Source: an uncultured archaeon
GTDB taxonomy: Archaea; Asgardarchaeota; Lokiarchaeia; Sigyniarchaeales; SOKP01
Length of the DNA stretch: 11,807 nucleotides
Assembly: GCA_964493715.1 (NCBI GenBank)
Contig: CAZBPC010000099.1
Span: 1-11,807 of the forward strand
Direction: 5' to 3'
Shown here in pieces: positions 1 through 6,518 of this stretch; within the stretch, counting starts at the first letter, position 1, and each line of letters opens with the position of its first letter. The translations under genes were made by a program, and so were the position numbers. The notes beneath the pieces were generated by a model, which saw only the letters and a list, made by a program, of their open reading frames with translations, did no database searches and had not been told where the DNA came from.

Positions 1-1183
1 GTTTACTATAAATATCTGGGTTTCTCAATGCAAATCTGATGATAAAAGTAAAAACCAAGGGATTTTTTATTAATTTAAAAATTAAATCTTTTGGGAAATC
101 CATATCGCCGTAGAGAGATATAACATGCTCAATTTTGTTATCTTTTACTATTTTAAAGAATAATTCGAAATCTTTATTTGATAATCGTTCTAAAATAAGC
201 CTTATTAAGTAATGAAGCTTTAATTCTTTACCGATTGTCCTCAGACAAGGCTTTTCATAATGCTTTTTAATGAATCTTTTTGAAAAATTATTCTGTTTGA
301 AACTGTTTTTAACACAATTTGAAGCGTACTTTGCAGCAGTCAATAACATGACAATCCCTCCTCCTGTTGTGGCTTTAACTTGCCCCGCTGCATCTCCCAA
401 TAATAAGATGTTATTGAAAGCGCTTTTATTCATAAATCCGTATGGTATAACCCCTCCTTGCTGATCTATCTTCTTGTTGATATCTACACCCAGTTTTTTT
501 AAAAATATATGGAAACATTGTTTTACATTTTTAGAGGATGCTATTCCGATTCGGTAAACCCTATCACCCTCGGGTACAATCCACCCAAATAATTCTTTCC
601 ATAAAGGGTGAAAGTACATAACTGCTTCGTTTTCGTCAAAATTAGCTTTAATTCTAATTTGGGTGGCATAAATAACCTCATTCTTTACGTTCAAAGCTTT
701 TCCAACCGAGGTGAACGGCCCGTCACACCCGATAAGCATCTTTGTTCTTATCGAACTTTTCGAAGTATCAATAATCACGTATTTTTGTCCATTCTCTATA
801 TTGTATTTAAGCGACTTAAACTTCTCGTTAAGAGAGTAAGATATATTGGAAAAATCTTTATTTTTTTCGTAAAACAAGCGATCAAGAGCAATTCTGTCAA
901 TTATATAAGGTTGTTCTTTGCCAGATAATTTGATAGTTGTTCCTAAAGGAGCAACTATTTTGGCAACCTTCACACGATTAAGAATTAAATTTGGCGGCAA
1001 ACTAATAAGAGTATTTAATTTTTTAGAGACGATTCCAGCACATTGAAAGGGTAAACCGATCTCCACATGCTCTTCAATAATTAAAACCTTAATAGGAAGC
1101 TTTGATAAAAGGAATGCTAAATAATTGCCGGCGATACCCCCGCCGATGATAACTACATCAAAATTATCAGAGTTAGAATTCAT
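1..1183 (-). CDS. Geranylgeranyl reductase family FAD-dependent oxidoreductase (digeranylgeranylglycerophospholipid reductase-like); 3' end runs off the window
   Basis: Manual translation from the ATG at 1183 is open for 394 codons to the window edge: MNSNSDNFDVVIIGGGIAGNYLA (Rossmann GxGxxG), EEHVEIGLPFQCAGIVS, IGCDGPFTSVG, FGWIVPEG, LLLGDAAGQVKATTGGGI, YGDMDFP. These motifs are typical of GGR-family flavoproteins. It is missing from the ORF track because the stop lies outside the window. Confidence 0.92.
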   Translation of the reverse strand, partial: MNSNSDNFDVVIIGGGIAGNYLAFLLSKLPIKVLIIEEHVEIGLPFQCAGIVSKKLNTLISLPPNLILNRVKVAKIVAPLGTTIKLSGKEQPYIIDRIALDRLFYEKNKDFSNISYSLNEKFKSLKYNIENGQKYVIIDTSKSSIRTKMLIGCDGPFTSVGKALNVKNEVIYATQIRIKANFDENEAVMYFHPLWKELFGWIVPEGDRVYRIGIASSKNVKQCFHIFLKKLGVDINKKIDQQGGVIPYGFMNKSAFNNILLLGDAAGQVKATTGGGIVMLLTAAKYASNCVKNSFKQNNFSKRFIKKHYEKPCLRTIGKELKLHYLIRLILERLSNKDFELFFKIVKDNKIEHVISLYGDMDFPKDLIFKLIKNPLVFTFIIRFALRNPDIYSK

Positions 1184-1650
1184 TATATCTAGTATAGATT
1201 GGAATTTTTAATTTTTAATCATTATGATTATGGTTCATGTGCTAATTTGTTTGTAGTTCAGAATAAAAAAAATATGAAATATCTTGAGATTCCCCTAATT
1301 CAGAATATAATGTGAAATTTTTTCTGCATTGTTTCTATTTTGCTCACCAAAGATCTTGTTCCTGTTTTAGATCCATTAATTAATATGAAATATTCATCAT
1401 CTGTTCTAAAAAGACCTAGTCTATCGAGATTCTTTGAATAAGTTCATATATGGCGAAGGATCAAAAAAACCAAGCATTTAACCTGACTTGGTATAAAAAT
1501 CGGTGGAATTATATGTATTTAATAAAAAAATCAAGAATTGGTATATTATCATTTAAAACCGATTATTTTATATTAAGAAGGAATTTATTTGATATTATTA
1601 TTTATTTTTCAGAGTCAGAAGAAACACACTTTTTATGAAATGTTTTCATC

Positions 1651-3066
1651 ATGATATCAATAATTATTGCTCCAATGATGCTCATTTTAATTATAATTTT
1701 AATTACAGTTGGAAAGGTCAACCGTTTAATGGCTGCTTTTATAGGGGCAATAATTGTATCTTTTTTTCTGCTTTACATAGATAATATTGATATAACGATT
1801 GTGGTAGGATTTATAGTTGGTGAAGACAATTCAAATCTTCATACTGTTTTATTTATTTTTGGTATGATGATAATAATTACCGTTTGTAAAAAAGCTGGTG
1901 TATTCGATTTTATTGCATTCAAACTAGTACAACTTTCCAAAGGAAATAGTCGCTTAATTCTTATACTTTTATGCAGTTTCACGTATGTTTTTTCTTCAGT
2001 ATCAATGAATATTTTATGTATCTTCATAATAATTCCGCTTACTATTACAATATGTAAAATCTTAAAAATAAATCCCCTTCCATATATTCTTTCTGAGGGG
2101 ATGGTTGTAAATACGGGAGGTCTTTTACTGGTTATTAGTTCAATACCTAATATTTTAATAAGTCGTTCAATAAATTGGACATTTATAGATTATTTTCAAG
2201 ATGTGGGATTTTTTTCTTTGTACCTTTTTTTCATTGGTATTATTTTTTTACTTAGGCATAATGAAGATAAACTAGAAACGCCTGAGATGAGTTATATAGA
2301 ACGTTTATTAGAGTATGATCCTTGGATGTTTGTGGAATCTAAAAGTAAATTTTATAAATCTTTTGCAATGTTAATTATAACCATTATTTCTGTAATAATC
2401 ATACCCACATTTAGTCAAATATCCATTGATATTCTTTCTTTGACAGGTGGGATAATCACAATCTTACTCGTTTTAAATAAGGAATTTGAATCAGTATGGA
2501 AAGACTTAGATCTTGAATTAATCTTCTATCTTTTCTGTATTTTATATGTATCTGAAGCCATACAATTTACGGGAATTTTAAATTTTATCGCATATGGGAT
2601 AAATTATATAACAGCTGGTAATACTGTTAGCACTACATTAGTGCTCTTGTGGATGTCAGGATTACTTAGTTCTGTCATTCATAATGCTCCGATTACGAAA
2701 ATTTTCATTCCGATTGTTAATGACATTTCCACCTCAGCAAATCAACGATCTTTATTTTCAGCGGTGTCAATAGGAACAACCTTGGGAGAAAATTTGTCAA
2801 CTATGGGAGATAATTTAGTTTTAATTTTAATGGTCAGATCGTATGGATACGAGTTGAACTTTTCTACTTTTATGAAATTAGGAATCACAATTACATTGAT
2901 CGACTTGATCTCTTCTAGTGTTTATTTAGTTATGAAAGTGCTTGTTCAATTTTTCCTAATAGGAATTGTCATTTTAATAGGAATTGTAGTTTTTATATAT
3001 TTTTATCCTAAAATTTTAAGCCTCATTAAATCCAGGTTGAATTTTTTAAATAAAAGAAAGAATTGA
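1651..3066 (+). CDS. ArsB/NhaD/SLC13 (IT superfamily, P-protein-like) membrane permease
   Basis: 471-aa highly hydrophobic ORF with a dozen or more candidate TM segments. Family-like segments: TVLFIFGMMII...AGVFDFIA, NPLPYILSEGMVVNTGG...PNI, DLELIFYL, LLWMSGLLSSVIHNAP, GTTLGENLS, FSTFMKLG. The substrate cannot be determined from sequence. Confidence 0.85.
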   Translation: MISIIIAPMMLILIIILITVGKVNRLMAAFIGAIIVSFFLLYIDNIDITIVVGFIVGEDNSNLHTVLFIFGMMIIITVCKKAGVFDFIAFKLVQLSKGNSRLILILLCSFTYVFSSVSMNILCIFIIIPLTITICKILKINPLPYILSEGMVVNTGGLLLVISSIPNILISRSINWTFIDYFQDVGFFSLYLFFIGIIFLLRHNEDKLETPEMSYIERLLEYDPWMFVESKSKFYKSFAMLIITIISVIIIPTFSQISIDILSLTGGIITILLVLNKEFESVWKDLDLELIFYLFCILYVSEAIQFTGILNFIAYGINYITAGNTVSTTLVLLWMSGLLSSVIHNAPITKIFIPIVNDISTSANQRSLFSAVSIGTTLGENLSTMGDNLVLILMVRSYGYELNFSTFMKLGITITLIDLISSSVYLVMKVLVQFFLIGIVILIGIVVFIYFYPKILSLIKSRLNFLNKRKN

Positions 3067-3112
3067 TTAAAGATCTTGAAAAATCGTTCCAGAATACTAA
3101 ATTGTGCTCACT

Positions 3113-3137
3113 ATTCTTTGATTTTTTTAAAAAAAAT
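3113..3137. terminator. Putative bidirectional oligo-T intrinsic terminator between convergent genes
   Basis: T7 (3122-3128) is immediately followed by A8 (3129-3136) in the 129-bp gap between the permease stop (3066, +) and the MBL stop (3196, -). This gives a U-tract on both transcripts, as in archaeal intrinsic terminators. Confidence 0.5.
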
Positions 3138-3195
3138 TAAACTAATTAGGCAAAGTAAGAAGGTTTTAAGCAAATTATTATCAACTTTTGAATTG

Positions 3196-4191
3196 TTAAT
3201 CTTTTCTATAACCTAAATCCATCATCATGCCATAAACTATCCCTAACGCTATATTTTTGAAAATTGGATTGGTTTCGATTGGTAAGTCAGTACGAGGAGC
3301 TAAATAGGGCACGATTTTTTCAAACACGTATTTTGTTTCAGGTTTTTCAGCATAAAAATCTACAATTTTCTGTCGAAAGATCTTCATAAAGTTCTCATGC
3401 TCAACAAGAATCGAATGGACATTAGCAGCACCATTTATTACTCCAAAATGACCAAATCCAGCTTTATGCGCTCTTAACTTTTTCAGATTGTTAAGCGTGG
3501 TCATGTATTCATTATGGTTATAATAAATGGGCATGCTTGTTGGCATGGTAATTAATTTTGTGGAATGATAAATCGTGCCCACAGCTTCACCCCAAAAGAT
3601 GAACTCAATTTCTCCATTTCGAATAAAAACGGGACTCACGTGATCTGGAGTGTGTCCTGGAGACTTAAAAATAACTAGTTGGACTTTCGAACCGTTTATC
3701 TCGAATTCATCAACAATGTCTATTCCTTTCAAATCAGAATTAAAGTTTGAGGATGGTTCAAAGAGGTAAAATGCCTTCTCTTCAATCTTTTCCATTTTGC
3801 CAGTTAAATTGCCATAAGTTCTTTTAGCTCGTGATAAATGGCTTTCAAAATCATTGAGAAGCATCTTGGTCTTCTGATTAGTTAAGATCTTCACATTGGG
3901 GCTATGCTTCTTTAACTTTTTATATAGTATATGTAGACCACCATTATGATCAAAATGATGGTGGGATGTGATTAAATATTTAAAAGAAGAAAGTGGAATT
4001 TCTTGTTTCTTGCAGTATCTTAGAACTCTCTTAACATCTAAAGAAGAACCACAATCAAATAGGATTGTAGATCTATCAAACTCAGCAAGATAGACCGATA
4101 ATCGCCTACTCGTCCCATAAGCATTGAGATCTATATGATGTAAATAATCGTTTAATTTCTTTGTTTCGAGCGTGATTGCTTCATTTAGCAT
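3196..4191 (-). CDS. MBL-fold metallo-hydrolase
   Basis: Motifs LFDCG, TSHHHFDHNGG (HxHxDH), SPGHTPDH, FWGEAVG and GFGHFG. The ATG at 4191 (MLNEAITLE) is preferred over the track's TTG at 4212; a TATA-like TATATTAAA lies at 4240-4232. Confidence 0.9.
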   Translation of the reverse strand: MLNEAITLETKKLNDYLHHIDLNAYGTSRRLSVYLAEFDRSTILFDCGSSLDVKRVLRYCKKQEIPLSSFKYLITSHHHFDHNGGLHILYKKLKKHSPNVKILTNQKTKMLLNDFESHLSRAKRTYGNLTGKMEKIEEKAFYLFEPSSNFNSDLKGIDIVDEFEINGSKVQLVIFKSPGHTPDHVSPVFIRNGEIEFIFWGEAVGTIYHSTKLITMPTSMPIYYNHNEYMTTLNNLKKLRAHKAGFGHFGVINGAANVHSILVEHENFMKIFRQKIVDFYAEKPETKYVFEKIVPYLAPRTDLPIETNPIFKNIALGIVYGMMMDLGYRKD

Positions 4192-4264
4192 AAGAACGTA
4201 AATTATGTGCAAAATAAGAATTATTTGATTATTTAATATATCTGATTGAAATTGCTTAATTCAC

Positions 4265-4289
4265 AAAAAAAGTTAAATATAAGAAAAAA
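4265..4289 (-). terminator. Putative oligo-T terminator of the longin-WH/TrmB-like gene pair
   Basis: A6 (4284-4289) and A7 (4265-4271) on the + strand give two U-tracts just downstream of the stop at 4295. Confidence 0.4.
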
Positions 4290-4294
4290 GTGAG

Positions 4295-6499
4295 TTATAT
4301 TTCGAATTTCTGTCGCCAGAAATTCATTTTCATTTTAAGATCTTCTCGTTCGGATTGACTAAGAACGTAAGTTTTTGATTTTAACGTGGATGTCATTGTA
4401 TTTACATTTTTTAGAACACTGTTATATCCTTCAATTTTTATATATTCACTTTGGAATTTTTCCAAAGCAGCGGCTATTTCAATGCCTGTTAAAGAATCTA
4501 TGCTATCAAAAATCAGATCGAATTGCTTTCCTAAAAGCCCTTTCTTGTCAGATTTTGGTTCCGAAGGGATTTCCTTTGGTATTGGGGTAGTAGATGGTAG
4601 TGGTTGTTCAGTAATTTTTTCTTTAGGGGGTTCTTGTGTAAGACTAGATTTGATGGATTGAACTACTTCCTTTCTAGCAGACATCCAAGCCTCTTCGAGA
4701 ATAGGGACGAATATTTTAATATGTTCTTCAATTATACTTCCGAGTCCTGCTATTTCGGTTACTGAATCTCCTCTAATTTCAGTTTTTGATAAAACACACA
4801 CGATTACTTCTTCATAGTCGCGATTGATACCCCACAAGTTCTGTAAATCCCTATGCCTGTAATCCACATTATCCATTTGGTCTAACTGATTGATTAACGC
4901 TAAATGTTCTTGATTTGAGAGGTCTATACTTGCGGCTATCCTGAAATTAATGCGTGAAGGTCTACTTTTTATAGCATTAATATCAACATCGGTTATTTGT
5001 GGAGCCACAATCAAAACTCTCATTTTAGCTTTGGAAATTTCATCATTAATATGAGCTTTTGCACTTTCTGGAGATCGAATAAACCAGATATCTCTCATTG
5101 TTAATCCTTCTCCAAATTTTGCTTGATCCCAGAACTCTTTAGTCACTTTTTCTGATGTTTCTAATTTCTTCAAAATATCACTCAAAGTATTATCTAATGT
5201 GGAAACAATCTGATTCGAAAAAATCTCTTTTAAATTTCCAAAAGATTCAAAAACACCTCCTGAAATTCCGTCTATTTTTGATTCCGCCGTCAAGACAGCT
5301 TTATTAAAATTCTCTGTAATACTTTCAAATATTTTCTCTTTGTCTTCATCAGATTTCGCGGTTATTCCATCCAGATTTTTTACAGTTTTTTGAATCGTAT
5401 CCTTGATTTTATCAAGTATTTCCGTGTTTATACCTCCCGTTGCCGTTGCGGTGGCAGTTTTCTTTAATTCATCTGAAAAGGTCATTTGATTTACGCTGAG
5501 TTGAACGTTGATATTATCAATAATGTCTTGTAATCGTGAATCAACAATTTTCTCAATAACTTGATCGACAGTTGATTGAATCACACCGAGTCGTAATTTT
5601 TGAAGATTTTGCGAAATAGTTGTTTTTATTGTGCCAAATTCGTCCTTTAGCTCTTGAACTTGTCCTTTTATTATCTGGTTGGTGTTTTCATTTATCTTCT
5701 GAAATTGAGTGGTTAAATCACTAGTGTGAGGGGCAATCGCTTCTCCCGAGGAGCTCTCAAGAAGTGAAATATCATCGGTTATACCTCGAATTTGTTCCAT
5801 AACTGCCATAGTTTCGTCAAACTCTTTTTTCTGCGATTTAATTTGAGAGAGCATGTTATCTTTAAGTTCCTTCATCAATTCACCAGGAACAACAGGAGAA
5901 GCAGGCGGTTTTTCAATTTTTTCTGTTGTTGTTGATTCCAATTTTTTAAATGATTGATCTAACTGCTTGGGTAGATCAGATTTGATATCTGAAATATATT
6001 GGTGGAACTTTTGCAGTTGTGCTACTAAGGCAGCATATGGGGGTAAAGCAGCATAGTGTGGTTTTGCTCCGATAATCTCTTTAAATAATCCTTTCTCCAC
6101 GAATTTCTTTGCGATTTCTTGGCATTCTTCTTTGGATTTATTAATTAATATGGCCATTTCTCCAATAGAGACAGCTTCACGACCAGTTGTTCGGAAGTAT
6201 AATTCAATCTCTGCCGTTGTTAGATCTAGTTCACTGAGAACTTGTTTGGTTAATTCTTCTGAAAATTTGACATCTCTTTCTTCTGTAATTTCCTTGATTT
6301 TAAAATTCTCGACTTCTAAATATTGATTAAAATATACCACTAATAAATGAGCAGGAGAACCGTGTTCTATTTCTTTCCTTATTGGAAATTTCGTAACCTT
6401 CTTATATTCATCTGCTGTGATTTTAAATTTAATTTCATTAAGACACAATTTACATGTATAGGAAATTTCGACTTCATCTTTATCTTTAAATAAATACAC
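4295..6499 (-). CDS. Multidomain TrmB-like protein: N-terminal putative Zn-binding module, wHTH, long helical/coiled-coil region, PLD-fold effector-binding domain, C-terminal helical domain
   Basis: C16-x2-C19...H46-x4-H51. aa 88-155 (LSELDLTTAEIELY...SIGEMA...FVEKGLF...PHYAALPP) follow the TrmB wHTH pattern. aa ~156-465 are heptad-rich and helical. aa 471-608 (IWFIRSPESAKAHINDEISKAKMRVLIVAP...INRDYEEVIV...LEEAW) resemble the TrmB C-terminal PLD-like domain. A Pro/Thr/Glu linker follows. GTG start with SD GAGGTGA 9 nt upstream. Confidence 0.8.
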   Translation of the reverse strand: MYLFKDKDEVEISYTCKLCLNEIKFKITADEYKKVTKFPIRKEIEHGSPAHLLVVYFNQYLEVENFKIKEITEERDVKFSEELTKQVLSELDLTTAEIELYFRTTGREAVSIGEMAILINKSKEECQEIAKKFVEKGLFKEIIGAKPHYAALPPYAALVAQLQKFHQYISDIKSDLPKQLDQSFKKLESTTTEKIEKPPASPVVPGELMKELKDNMLSQIKSQKKEFDETMAVMEQIRGITDDISLLESSSGEAIAPHTSDLTTQFQKINENTNQIIKGQVQELKDEFGTIKTTISQNLQKLRLGVIQSTVDQVIEKIVDSRLQDIIDNINVQLSVNQMTFSDELKKTATATATGGINTEILDKIKDTIQKTVKNLDGITAKSDEDKEKIFESITENFNKAVLTAESKIDGISGGVFESFGNLKEIFSNQIVSTLDNTLSDILKKLETSEKVTKEFWDQAKFGEGLTMRDIWFIRSPESAKAHINDEISKAKMRVLIVAPQITDVDINAIKSRPSRINFRIAASIDLSNQEHLALINQLDQMDNVDYRHRDLQNLWGINRDYEEVIVCVLSKTEIRGDSVTEIAGLGSIIEEHIKIFVPILEEAWMSARKEVVQSIKSSLTQEPPKEKITEQPLPSTTPIPKEIPSEPKSDKKGLLGKQFDLIFDSIDSLTGIEIAAALEKFQSEYIKIEGYNSVLKNVNTMTSTLKSKTYVLSQSEREDLKMKMNFWRQKFEI

Positions 6500-6508
6500 C
6501 TTTTCTCT

Positions 6509-6515
6509 TCACCTC
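6509..6515 (-). promoter_or_regulatory. Shine-Dalgarno GAGGTGA for the GTG start at 6499
   Basis: + strand tcacctc at 6509-6515, with a 9-nt spacer to the GTG, inside the 19-nt gap between the two genes. Confidence 0.75.
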
Positions 6516-6518
6516 ATT

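Noticed and set aside
270-928. + strand ORFs 270..464 and 608..928
   Set aside because: Antisense shadows of the motif-rich GGR gene on the minus strand.
1300-1443. Minus-strand open stretch of ~47 codons (TYSKNLDRLGLFRTDDEYFILING...) as a possible gene remnant
   Set aside because: No start near its 5' end and no similarity I can recognise; expected by chance.
1450-1638. 62-aa + strand ORF ending 12 nt before the permease
   Set aside because: No SD and no recognisable motif. Its composition mirrors AT-rich DNA, and it covers the likely permease promoter. It cannot be fully excluded.
1839-2027. 62-aa minus-strand ORF
   Set aside because: Antisense, inside the permease.
4676-5089. Active PLD nuclease/phospholipase or anti-phage defence interpretation
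   Set aside because: No HxK-x4-D motif, and no helicase, methylase or other defence genes nearby. The TrmB-type wHTH context favours an effector-binding domain.
5435-5458. Imperfect hexamer tandem encoding TATATATG in the 734-aa protein
   Set aside because: Short, in-frame and degenerate; probably a minor slippage expansion, with no evidence of phase variation.
5090-6034. SMC/Rad50 or methyl-accepting chemotaxis protein call for the helical region
   Set aside because: No Walker A/B or ABC signature, and no MCP hairpin signature or TM segments.
4375-6326. + strand ORFs 4375..4590, 4386..4661 and 6132..6326
   Set aside because: Antisense shadows within the 734-aa gene, with no independent signals.
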